Source of the DNA: Elsinoe ampelina
Lineage: Eukaryota
Reading direction: 5' to 3'
Assembly (NCBI GenBank): GCA_010093995.1
Contig: ML992514.1
Location: forward strand, 221,437-285,436
DNA length: 64,000 nucleotides
Each line of letters begins with the position of its first letter. The first letter of the stretch is position 1. The position numbers were made by a program, and so were the translations under genes. Shown piece by piece: positions 32,484 to 43,602 of the stretch. The notes below the pieces were generated by a model that saw only the letters and a program-made list of their open reading frames with translations, was not told the DNA's origin and made no database searches.

Positions 32484-35468
32484 GCAACCCGGGGAGGCGG
32501 AGGGGTCTTCAAATCCCAAGCTTGTTCTGTACGACCGCATGATCTGCTCAGGAACAAAGAGATCTCAGCCATGTCCAAGGCTGTGCGACCCTGAGATCTG
32601 CACATGCAGATGTTCCCGCATGCCAGCGCGCCCGTACGACCGCATAGCCGCTCAATACTGCAAGAATCCTCCAGTGGCGAGGGCGGATGCGGTGGCACAT
32701 TTGGGCTTGCGAGAAGGGACGAGCGGCACATCGTATCGTACCTCTCTGGCGGGACGATGAGGGTGGAGATCCGGAGAGGATGCGCGAACGCTTGTCAGTG
32801 GTGGATCTGCTTGTGGTTGTGGTAGTTAGCCTTCTCGTGCAGAGATTTCATGCAAGATCTCATCTGCTGTACCCCTGCACTGGCGGCATGCGAGCGGTCC
32901 CCACTGTGTCCGAAAGCTCTCTGGTGGGGGTTGTGAGGTGGCGAACGATGGTTGGAGGGGATGAGGTGTTCCGACTTCATCCTGATGCAGTCTTATCAAG
33001 GAGCAGGACGACGCAGTGGTAGTGCTTAACCGGTTCCTTGTCCAGTGGTCAGGCCGATGAATGAAGCTATCTGAGACATGATTTGATCTTGCAGCATTGT
33101 GATAGCAAGCGTGAGGCGGACAGATCCGGCACATGTGCCAGGTACACAAAGATCTACAGTAAACATTATTGTTCGGGGGATATTTTTCTCTCGAAAGAGA
33201 GGGGCACGCAAGGTAGCTGGTCATTGCAGGCCCGCGGAGTATTCGCCCTGCATGTGACGCAACTCCCCTAGAAGAGTTTCAGTGTCGAATGACAGCCGCT
33301 GACAGCATAGCTCTCTCGCGCAATCTTCATACCTATCAAACAGCCTGTTATGCCCGTCGGACGGTGACCGAGGTCGAATCGTTTAGGGCCCGAAAAGGTA
33401 AACAGTATGTGGAGCACCCAGCCAAACTTGAGTCACGAGGATCGTCCTCGACATCGAGATCAAATGGCGAGTCTGGCAAGAAAGATCCACGCACAGCGAA
33501 AAGTGAGATCGGATCGCCAGACATGCAAGATACGGTTCCGCTAGCGTACCATTGAACCAATGGGAACTGCTAGCGGGCTGCCCGCGCGATGGGCCAAAAA
33601 CATTTGTGTTCTTCCAAGCCGACAAACGGGAAAAGTGAATTTGCAGGCTGATGGCAGACATCTTGGGAACTTGGTTCAACAATAGGTCCAAACTCGCAGA
33701 TCTTTTGAGATTTCCCGCTGTCTTCCTCACACCCCTTCAGCGATCGGATCCGCTATTGCTCACACGGAAGACAGATTTGATCGCCAAGCTAGTGGTGCCG
33801 CAAAGCCAGAGGGCAAAGACGGCGGGGAATTCAGCCGTGTGGTGGAATGTCGGTCTCTGCAGAAGGATCCTCCGTGCGATAGGGATGGCCTCAGATACGC
33901 GTGGCCCTAAGTCGGTGTGCTGACAGACCGCTATACAGCATAGTTTCCCTGCTTCAACACTTTAGATAAGGCTGGTAGTTTGGGCTCGCAAGGATGAGAG
34001 AAAGTAAGCACTCGGGGACCATGGCGTCCGACTTGGGGGCATCGAGGAATGACGTCTGATGTGTGAACTCCCGTCTGCTGCAGTGTTCGAGAATGCGGGG
34101 CCAAAGCGGGTCCGAAACGAAACGAAAAAGAACCCAGCAACGGCTCTCAAGCCCTTGCGTGTCAAGCTTGTCGCATCACTTGACCTCGACAACTTGCCTT
34201 TCTCGACAACCACAAGAGCATGCTCACCTGTCTCAAAGATCCGTGATCTCGGCATTCGTGGACACGCAACATTCCTCCGACACGTTTTGCGGTGTTTCGA
34301 CCTTCTTCATCCGGGAGGAAAAGCGGGGCGTGGTAGTTTTGCGTTGCCAGCTTGCAAGCGTGAGGTTTTCGATCCTGACTGACAACTGTGATAAGGTTTG
34401 GGTAGGACCCGGCTGGGGATGCCAATCACACGGCGCCAACGATCGCTTGGACCGCGCAACGTGGGCGGGCGGGAGAAGGTCACAGTTTCCGCTGCCCTCT
34501 GTCGCTGCCAGACTTGCCAGACTGCCAGGCCAGGGACCTCCCAACAGCCAAAAGTGACTGGGTAACGAGCCCCTCCCACCACCGGATCCTGGCTGCTTTT
34601 TGCTCCAGTCCACCCATCTGGCACCGAACACGTTCCCTTCGTTCGCCAATCTCGGCCGTCTCTCGTGCCTCTGCCGCGTTCATCGTACCATATCTGTGCT
34701 AGGCCCGCTCCGCTCCCCGACCCTTGCGCAGATGCCCTCAGGATCTGCCTCTTCCATGCCGCACCAAAAGCTTCTGTCCCAAGAGAAGTAAATCGGCCGT
34801 GGGTCGTGATCCACGGCGCTGCTGGCTGTGCTCACCTCACCCACGCCGGTTGTTGGTTTTTGTAATTCCTGACTGAGATTGATGATGCGCCAGGGACTGG
34901 CTGTGCCTTCTCTTGCTTGTCGATTGATAAACCCGGAGAGGCCCACCGCAACGCTTGCCTTACCAACCTCCGTTGTTACAGTAATATCAAAGAGCTGCGT
35001 ACTCACCGCGCTTGTTTCCAATTCATCAAAACCAGCCTAGCGACAATAAAACCCTCAATTGAGCACCGGGCTGTCGTGAACCGTCAGAGCCTGCACGCGA
35101 TCGAGATTCCGACCCTCTGTGCAGCAGCAGATCGAAGGCTAGAGGAGCTTCCCCTCGCGCACAATCCCCAATCTCCGAACCGCCCGCTCCACCTTTTTTG
35201 CCCGTGGCAGCCAGCTACCAATCTATCTACTCAAGTACCTCGAGACACTCCTGCTCCGTCTCTTGCCATACCACCGTCCTTGAGATATCCCACAACAGAT
35301 ATCCACGGTTATCCTCTGGAGATCTGGATATTAGTCCGGCAACACCGACTTGCATCGGCGCGTTCAGCTCCTCCCTTGTCTGAGCTGTGCCACCTGACTA
35401 GCTTCGAAGCCAACATCAAAGGCAGCCCAACACCTTCTGCAGATACGACAAACCACCCACCATAGAAC

Positions 35469-36849
35469 ATGCCTCCCGTACGGACGGCACCGATCATCAA
35501 GCCCATCAAGACGGAGCGCACTCACGAAGAGAACCAGGAGAGGTAGCTACTACCACTTCTATTGCATGCACACATGGCTGACCTTTTTGTGCAGAGCTTA
35601 CATTGCTGCCTCGCGTCGAAGTGATCGCAGTCTGGAAGCCCGCGTGGAGTCTGCTCGTCGTGCCTCAGAGATTCACAAGCGCCGGACTGGTCGCTCGCTC
35701 AGGGTGACCGAGCAAGATGTCGTGAACGAGGAGATGTACGAAGAAGAAGACGATGACCTACCAATGCAGTACCGCCGCTTGACTGCCCACCTCCAGACCA
35801 GCAACGCCGAGTTTGACCGTAGACTCGCTGCATACCTCACCAACCATGTCGCTATGAGGACTGCGCTTGGACAGGCTGTCAATCAGAACAATATGTACCC
35901 GAACGCACCTCAGTTCGCGGGTCAAGGATCGCACATGCCTCAGTCGCCTTTCGGCATGCAGCAAAACATGGGACCTCCCCAGCAGAACAGATCGCCTATG
36001 GCGTTCCGCCAGTCACCCTACCCTGTTCCCCAGCACGGCATGAAGCCTGGCATGCACAGCCGCTCAGCTTCTATTGCCACTCCCAACGATGTTCAGAACT
36101 TCAACAAGCAATTCAACCTTCAAAACCCCGACGGACGACGCAGCTCTCTACCTGTCCACGCAGTGCCCGGCGCTCCTGGCCAACAAGATCAAAAGCCAAC
36201 GACGAGCATTGCGAATCTCAAGTACGAGCACGGTGCAAGCTCGATGCTTTCGCCACCAAAGTCCGAGTCCGGCAGTTCTCAGACTACACCTCAGCCACAA
36301 AGCCAGCAGCTCAGGCCATCCGAGTTCCCTAACCCGTTCGACATGTCAGCCATCAATCCAATGTCAGCAGGCCTCGGAGCCATGCCCTTCTCGACCACTC
36401 TTCCCCTCGAGTCACAGCAGCTGTTGGGTGGCGGCTCATTCGACTTCAACGATCCAATGACTGCTATGTTGATGGGCCAGGACTTCAAGCCAAACCAGCA
36501 ATTTTTCTCCACCAACCCAAATGAGCTGAAGGTCAAGTCCGAGTTCTCCACGAACACTGGCTTCGAGGGAATGAACCAGACTTTGGCTCCTGGTTTCCTT
36601 GATACTTCAGTTGGTGGTTTCAACAATGCTTCCGCGCCGAACTCCGCCTTCACAGACGCTTCTCCTTTCGCGACGTCAGCAGGTGGTTACGGCATGGGTT
36701 TTGAGAACGCTTTCAACAACCCTTTCAAGACCAATTCCTTCAGCGGTGGGCTGGCGAGCGGAGAAGTCACGCCTGCCAACGAACGGGACTGGCAAAATTT
36801 GATTGATGGCACTGCCTGGGATGAGCCATCATCGCAGAACGCAACATAG
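35469..36849 (+). CDS. Conserved uncharacterised Pezizomycotina protein, putative transcriptional regulator
   Basis: Exon 35469-35542, intron 35543-35594 (GTAGCT...GCTGAC...CAG), exon 35595-36849. N-terminus RTHEENQERAYIAASRRSDRSLEARVESARRASEIHKRRTGRSLRVTEQDVVNEEMYEEEDDDLP, followed by a Q/P/M-rich region. Confidence 0.85.
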
Positions 36850-38044
36850 GTCAAACGCAATTGAAGTTCGCCCCTTGCTTCTTGCTTTCGAAAGATGTTT
36901 TTACTATTCATTAACCAGACCGAGGCAAGCCTACTTCAACAGACTCAAGCTACATTAGATTGTCGGCTTCGCATGAGTCTTCCGGACGCCCTCACGCCTT
37001 CACGAAGACTACATGCGACGAGGAGAGATGATACATGTCTTATCATCGACGTCCTTGCAACGATATACGGTTGCAATCAGCTAGGCTGCCTCGCTCGCGT
37101 CTGCCGTCCTCCGTTTGGAGAGACTGCGCAGACCGTCACGACTCTTCTTTTACTGTCTAACGGCCATGGTATACCCCTTTTGATTTTTATGTGGATACGG
37201 ATGAGCAATGTTTGTATTATTTACTGAGGAGTATTGGACTGATGGAGCGGTGATACTCTTCGCTCTCGAGCAACAATAGAGACGAAGCTTTTGCTTTTGG
37301 AGAACATGTCAGACCCATAGCTGGTAGTACTTTGAGTACACTGCTCTATACAGTACACAATGACCACATCTATCCTCTCATCTCCCTCACCACCCTGATC
37401 ACCATGATGGTTCCTGCCATTGCTCTCCTCGCTTATGCTTCAAACCCTTATCTCATCTACCTCTTCGAATTCCAAATCACAACCTCGCTTCCCTGATCTG
37501 CAACACAGCCCATCCCAACCCAAACCCCCAGCCCCATGCCGTCGAGATCGCGACGTTCGAGGCCCACGTCCCTGACAATCGCGAGCCTCCGCCGAGCCCG
37601 GGCGTCCAAACCCAGCGGCCCAAGCTCCCCAGCTCCACCAGAAAAACCGCAAAACACTCGGGGGGAAGTCGCTCCGCGTCTGGCGCCCACCCCGACGTTT
37701 TTTTCTGACGTCACAACCGCCGACCCACCGACGAACCACTTTTACCTTTTTTGGCTCAGGGCTGGTTTCCGACGATTGAGGTGCCCCGAAAAAAAAAAGA
37801 GCCCCGCCAAGCCTCCCTCCCAGATCGATACCACCGGGGCAAACAGCTCTGATCGACCACGGATCCCGGCCACACGGTAGGGGAGCAAGCAGGAGAGGCA
37901 GAAAATTCAATCTGTCGTGCTGCCCGCGCGGATTCTCCGATCTGGATCTGGTGGACGAACCTGCAATCTGGGAACCTGGACGTGGGCGGTCTGACGTCGC
38001 TTCTCGTCTGAACGTGGGGGGCGCCCGACTGTCGCTACGACTAC

Positions 38045-40522
38045 ATGGCGGCTTTGGATCCGAAGTCACTGGCGGGGAGGAAGCGTAAGCGGAAGGGAGG
38101 ATTGATGCAGGGAAAATGTGATCTTGGCGAGGTGGTGAGGAGGTATGAGGCTGGTGCGAAGGAGACGCGCGGTCAGGCGCCCGCCGGTGGGAGAGGGGAG
38201 GTTGGGGAGATGAAGACGCGTGGTCAGGCCGGTGATGATGGGGAGGGTGGTATTGAGAGGGATGGGGGACGGGGAAGTGACAGGTCCGAGAGGAATGGTG
38301 ATGGGATGAAGTTGAAGGTGGAAGGCACTGGCATGGAGGGAGGGAAAGGAGCGAAAGGAGCGAATGGTGCGGCTGGGCAGACACCGCTGCGCTCTGGCAA
38401 ACCCGCTACCTCGGGGGACTCCGCTGTGAAAGGCACGGCAGGGGGTCTGCCTATCGTTGCTCACCGCCAGCAGATCATCTCTGCTGTGGAACGACATCCG
38501 GTCGTGGTTTTGACGGGTGAGACGGGTTCGGGTAAGTCCACGCAAGTACCGCAATATCTCCTCTCTCGAAATGTTGGGTCATCAGCGACGAAGAAGCTGA
38601 AGATTGCTGTCACTCAGCCGCGACGAGTCGCTGCTACCTCGCTGGCGAAGAGGGTGGCGAATGAGATGCGCTCGCCCCTGGGTAAAGCGCCGAAAGCAAA
38701 GGTCGGCTATTCCGTGCGATTCGATTCGAATGTTGGGAGGGACAATGAGATCGTCTACCTGACGGAAGGAATGCTCTTGATGGAGCTTCTGCGAGATCCC
38801 GGCTTGACGCAGTATGGTGTTGTGGTGGTGGATGAGGTGCACGAGCGAGGTGTGGATGTGGATCTTCTACTGGGATTTCTCAAAGGGTTGGTTAGAGATG
38901 ACGGCGAGGGAGCCAAGAAGAGGCGCCAGAAGAAAGTCGGCAATTTGAAAGTGGTGGTCATGAGTGCCACTGTCGAGGTGGAAGGACTGACCAAGTTCTT
39001 TGGCGATCAAGACGCTCAGGATGCAGCAGAAAGTCAAGCGCCGGTAGCTGCAGTCTTGGGCGAGAACGAGAAGACTTCGAACGGGAACAGTGATGGACGT
39101 CACCAAGACGTGACACTCGTTCAGGTCGAAGGACGACAGTACCCTGTGCAGGTCAACTACCTGCCTGAACCGGTACAAGACTTTACGGAAGCAGCATTGA
39201 AAGCAATCCTCCAAGTACATTGCAAGGAGCCTATGCCTGGAGACGTGCTGGTCTTCATGACCGGCCAGGAAACTATACAAGGCCTGCAGAAGAATGTCGA
39301 AGAATACGCAAAGAGTCTGGGTCCCGAATTCCCAAAGCTTCTGGTACTACCCATCTACGCTGCCTTACCGCAAGCAGCACAACAACGAGTGTTCGAACCG
39401 GCCCCGTATAACACTCGAAAGGTCATCTTAGCGACAAACATTGCCGAGACATCCATCACCGTCCCTGGAGTCCGCTTCGTCATCGACAGCGGTAAGGAGA
39501 AGCGCAAGCAGTTCCGACCACGCCTCGGCCTCGAATCACTCCTTGTCAAATCCGTCTCCAAATCGTCAGCCATTCAACGCAAAGGTCGTGCCGGTCGTGA
39601 AGCCCCCGGTAAATGCTGGCGCCTCTACACCGAGCAAGACTACAACTCCCTCGAGCAAACCAAAGCCCCTGAGATCCTCCGATGCGACCTCGCCGACGCC
39701 GTCCTCAAGATGAAAGCCACCGGCATCATGGACGTCCTCAACTTCCCCCTCCTCACCCCTCCCTCACGAGAAAGCATGGCCCGCTCCCTCCTCCACCTCT
39801 ACCACCTCACCGCACTCACCTCCACCGGCACCATCTCCCCCACCGGCCTCGCCATGTCCCGCTTCCCCCTCTCCCCCTCCTACGCGCGCGTCCTCCTCGC
39901 CGCCTCCACCCCCGAATCCGCCTGCCTCCTCCCCGTCATCGACATCATCTCCTGCTTCTCAGCCGACACCACCATCTTCCTCAACACGGACACCGAAGAA
40001 GCCCGCGACGCCGCCGTCTCGTCCCGCGCCGCCCTCCTCCGCCGCCAAGGCGACCACATCACCCTCCTCGCGGCGGTGCAAGCCTACGCCGCCGAACCCA
40101 CAGACCGCAAAGCGTGGTGCGCATCCCGCTTCGTCTCCCACCGCGCCATGGCCGCCGTGATGGACATCCGCAAACAGCTCCGCGCACAGTGCCTGGCGCA
40201 ACGCCTGCTCACGTCCGCACAAGTGGCGGCTTACGACGCCGAGGGGAGCGCGTCCGCGGATGAGATGCTGGGGGAGAGGGTGATGAAGTGTTTCCTGCTC
40301 GGGTTCAGGCAGAACACGGCGAGGTTGATGCCGGATGGGAGTTATAGGACTTTTGTGGGGAATCAGGTTGTGGCGGTGCATCCGAGCTCGGTGTTGTTCG
40401 GGAGGAGGGTGGAGGCGGTGGTTTTTGCCGAGTTTGTGTTCACGAATAGGGCTTATGCGAGGGGGGTCGGGGTGGTGCAAGGGCGGTGGGTGGGGGAGGT
40501 GTTTGAGGATCAAACTGGGTAG
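38045..40522 (+). CDS. DHR2: DEAH-family RNA helicase Dhr2/Prh1-like
   Basis: GETGSGKSTQ, TQPRRVAA, DEVHER, MSAT, LATNIAETSIT and QRKGRAGR, plus HA2/OB regions (HPSSVLFG). Single exon. Confidence 0.88.
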   Translation: MAALDPKSLAGRKRKRKGGLMQGKCDLGEVVRRYEAGAKETRGQAPAGGRGEVGEMKTRGQAGDDGEGGIERDGGRGSDRSERNGDGMKLKVEGTGMEGGKGAKGANGAAGQTPLRSGKPATSGDSAVKGTAGGLPIVAHRQQIISAVERHPVVVLTGETGSGKSTQVPQYLLSRNVGSSATKKLKIAVTQPRRVAATSLAKRVANEMRSPLGKAPKAKVGYSVRFDSNVGRDNEIVYLTEGMLLMELLRDPGLTQYGVVVVDEVHERGVDVDLLLGFLKGLVRDDGEGAKKRRQKKVGNLKVVVMSATVEVEGLTKFFGDQDAQDAAESQAPVAAVLGENEKTSNGNSDGRHQDVTLVQVEGRQYPVQVNYLPEPVQDFTEAALKAILQVHCKEPMPGDVLVFMTGQETIQGLQKNVEEYAKSLGPEFPKLLVLPIYAALPQAAQQRVFEPAPYNTRKVILATNIAETSITVPGVRFVIDSGKEKRKQFRPRLGLESLLVKSVSKSSAIQRKGRAGREAPGKCWRLYTEQDYNSLEQTKAPEILRCDLADAVLKMKATGIMDVLNFPLLTPPSRESMARSLLHLYHLTALTSTGTISPTGLAMSRFPLSPSYARVLLAASTPESACLLPVIDIISCFSADTTIFLNTDTEEARDAAVSSRAALLRRQGDHITLLAAVQAYAAEPTDRKAWCASRFVSHRAMAAVMDIRKQLRAQCLAQRLLTSAQVAAYDAEGSASADEMLGERVMKCFLLGFRQNTARLMPDGSYRTFVGNQVVAVHPSSVLFGRRVEAVVFAEFVFTNRAYARGVGVVQGRWVGEVFEDQTG

Positions 40523-40966
40523 ATGTGTGAGGGATGAGGGCGGGTGGGTCATGGAAGGGGGGAGGGGATGGGGATGGGTCACGTTGTATTGTTCGGAGCA
40601 AGAGAGTGTTGGAGAAATTGCAGATGTGTATTAGCTATGCTAAAAAGAGCTGGTTGTGGTATCGATGATACTTGAGCTTCCTACGCCGAGGAGCTGAGTG
40701 AGAAATGCGTGGCGAAAGACTGCTAAAGCTGTCTGATACACTTGCATGTTATGAATGCTGAGTAGAGAAAGCTGAACGCCGAAAGGATTGTGAGAAAGCT
40801 CATACTTGAGCTGGCGACCACGGGTGCAGCGCTGTGCAAACTTCTCGTCGTACACGTCCTTTTGCCAGCTGAAATGTCGGTGTGGCTAAAAGCTTCGAAA
40901 GCTGTGTTGATTTGCTGCATTCGGCGATGTGTCGATTTCGGTGTTGCATGCAAATCGTCGACCTCT

Positions 40967-42622
40967 TCAATCAACCTCCATCCTCCCACCCAACATGCCA
41001 TGCTCATGGTATCTCCCACACACCCCACCCCTTGGCCCCCTCTCCACCCCTCTCATGCCATTCCACTCCTCCATCCCCTCCTCACTGCTCCCGAAAAGAT
41101 CCTCCCAGTTCAACCAAGGCTTACAAGGTCCCACATCCCCGCCCGTCAACGCAAACTTGCTATCCCCATTCTCCAACCCCCTCCCCTCCACCGCCGCGAT
41201 CATGCACTCCACACAGTACACCCTATCGCAAGTCATGCACCTCTGGGGATGCACGAACCTCGGCGACCCATTACCCCCCGCCACACCCTCAGCACCAGTC
41301 ATACTCTCGGTATCATCATCCACCACCGCCGTGCCATCGTCCTGGGCAGTCTGCACCCCAGCCCTCCTCGCCCTCGCCCTCGTCAACCTCTGATACCGTC
41401 CCAACGCCCTTCCCCCCTGGCCAATCCCCTGAGAAGCGGCGGTCCAACCGGGATAACTACCAGGCACCCCCCCAGCGGCAGCAGCAGCAGCGACGTGCGC
41501 CGCCGCCCTCGCGACTAAGTACTCCTGACTCGCAACCCCGGGCCCGACGACAGAGCGACACCCCTCGCACGCCTTGGCTTCGGGCCAGGAGCGGGGGCGC
41601 CAGTCGCGCATGCGGTGGCGGGCGATCATGTCCCTGCCTGGCCGCTTCATTTTGACGACGAGGTCGCGGAGGAAGAGAGGGTGCCAGTCGTCTTTGTGGG
41701 TTTGCAGGAGGCGGTCGGTTTTCTTGTAGGTGAAGAGGTCGAGGATGAGGTCGCGGAGGGGGGAGGAGGGGCGGACGCCTGGGTTGGTGGTGGGGAATGG
41801 GCAAGGGTGGGGGACTTTGGTGGTTTTGCTGGGGGGGTGGGAGGGGTGGAGCGGGGTGTAGACTGTGGTTGATGAGGGGGTGGGGAGGTCGGACACGAGA
41901 GCTGGGGGCGAGGTTGTGGGGTCGGAGGTCGCTGGGGTTTCGAGCAGACTGTTCCGGCGGGTGCTGCATGCGCAGTGGTGCAGGCTCATGTACGAGCAGC
42001 AGTCCCCGTAGAGGAGCCAGGTGTCTGAGGGGGTGGGGACGGAGTTGGTTGTCTCGGACAAGCGGGCGACGGTGTCGATGATGTGGTTGCTCATACTGGT
42101 GGTGAGGAGACGATCGCTGAGAGCGTAGAGGTCGATGAGCAGGAAGTACTTTGGACTGCCGGCAGAGTTGCGTAGGTCACCGTCGGAATGAGACTCCTGG
42201 ATTTGGACACGCTTGGGGCCTTCTTGAGACCTGCGGGAACCCATAGCTGGATCGACTTCTTGTGGTGGAGCGCAGTTGGTAGCGCCAGCAGTTGAGAGAG
42301 AGCCAGTGTAGAGCCATTGGACGAACCACTCGAACATCTCTGGCTTCTCCTCGGGTAGGGTCACAGTCTGTGAGGCGGACTCTGCGAAATGACCCTGGAG
42401 AGCAGCGGCGAAGAATGGTGAGACTGAAACTAGAAGCTCCGTGTGGAGGAGGAATTTGACCTGAGCTGGTCCGACAATGACTGTAGCCATTTCGTGCATC
42501 TTGCGGAATCTAGTTCTGAGGATAGTCCTTGGGATCGGGAACTGGATGGTGGGTGCACGGCGGAGGTCGCTAGTGGAAGACTCGGAGTCTGAAGCGTTGG
42601 GGGTATCGATCTGCATGACCAT
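40967..42622 (-). CDS. BTB/POZ-domain protein with Cys/His-rich C-terminus
   Basis: TVIVGPAQVKFLLHTELLVSVSPFFAAALQGHFAES...LPEEKPEMFEWFVQWLYTGSL is a fungal BTB motif. Later LIDLYALSDRL, WHPLFLRDLV and C...YHEH. Confidence 0.88.
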   Translation of the reverse strand: MVMQIDTPNASDSESSTSDLRRAPTIQFPIPRTILRTRFRKMHEMATVIVGPAQVKFLLHTELLVSVSPFFAAALQGHFAESASQTVTLPEEKPEMFEWFVQWLYTGSLSTAGATNCAPPQEVDPAMGSRRSQEGPKRVQIQESHSDGDLRNSAGSPKYFLLIDLYALSDRLLTTSMSNHIIDTVARLSETTNSVPTPSDTWLLYGDCCSYMSLHHCACSTRRNSLLETPATSDPTTSPPALVSDLPTPSSTTVYTPLHPSHPPSKTTKVPHPCPFPTTNPGVRPSSPLRDLILDLFTYKKTDRLLQTHKDDWHPLFLRDLVVKMKRPGRDMIARHRMRDWRPRSWPEAKACEGCRSVVGPGVASQEYLVARAAAHVAAAAAAGGVPGSYPGWTAASQGIGQGGRALGRYQRLTRARARRAGVQTAQDDGTAVVDDDTESMTGAEGVAGGNGSPRFVHPQRCMTCDRVYCVECMIAAVEGRGLENGDSKFALTGGDVGPCKPWLNWEDLFGSSEEGMEEWNGMRGVERGPRGGVCGRYHEHGMLGGRMEVD

Positions 42623-43602
42623 GATGGAGAGCTATCGAAGAGGTCGACCGAAGTGGCGGGGCTGGTAGGAATATGCTTCAAAAAGTGTCTGGGGTTGGAT
42701 AGCTGGTAGGCTAGAAAGGCTGAAGAGTTGGAGGGCAAGCCCTTGGGAAGAACGAAGGTGGCGGGGCGGACAGAGGTGGCGGAGGAGTGTTGTGTAGTGG
42801 TGTAGGTTGTAAGAGGGGGTAGGTCGATTTATATATCCAGCTCTTCTCGCTTCCACGCGGCTTCACGGTTGCGCAGGTGGCGGTGTATGAGGTGTTGTGA
42901 CCTCTATGACTGTGCCTGGCGCTGTGCCGATGACAAGCGGAGGCACGAGGAGGTGGTACTGCGCAGGTGGTAGTAACTGGCAGTGCCTCGAGGGGCACGA
43001 GTTGTAGCTTCTGCAGGTCGGAGGCGGTGGCAGCGGCTATCAAATGCTTTCGACGAGCTTGGAGTGCCTCGGTTTGCCGGAGAATCTGCTGGCACAGGAC
43101 GTCGGTACGGATCGTGCGGCCAGGGGAGTATTGCGCTGCCTTGGAGGGGAGGTGATGCAGAATCTGCAGGCACAAAATGAGCATGAATCAGTGAGCTCAC
43201 GGAGACGAAGAGGACGAGGAGACATTTTGACATGAATAGGCAGCAAGTGAGCTGGTTGACAAAGCATGTGGATGCAAGCAATTGTGCTGCAAGCGGGAGG
43301 ATGCAAGGTGGGCATGTGGTGAGAACAAAGACGTGCACGGATAAAGTGAGAATTAGAACAACCGGATTCTTCTATTCACCTATTCTGCATGCATCTGCAT
43401 GGATTACCAGTGCGCCGAGAAGAGAAGCCATGTGGAATGCTGCGAGACGGATCCGGCCGGCCTCACATTCCTCAGCCACATACATGGCGGACTAACGAGA
43501 ACAACGCTCACGTCCAACTAAACTGGGGTATCATCAACGGACACAGCGTCCTATTTCTGCCCTCCATTCTGTACCTGACCTGATTCATCTGTAAGCAATC
43601 AC

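Noticed and set aside
32500..33224. Intron-like signals and an ACRQCR motif suggesting a Zn2Cys6 fragment
   Set aside because: No splice phase I tried yields the remaining cysteines or a long ORF.
37440..38384. 314-aa - strand ORF and neighbouring short ORFs
   Set aside because: Low complexity, overlaps the DHR2 5' end in antisense, and shows no recognisable domain.
38831..38842. DEVH instead of DEAH in the helicase
   Set aside because: Conservative variant within DExH helicases; all other motifs are intact.
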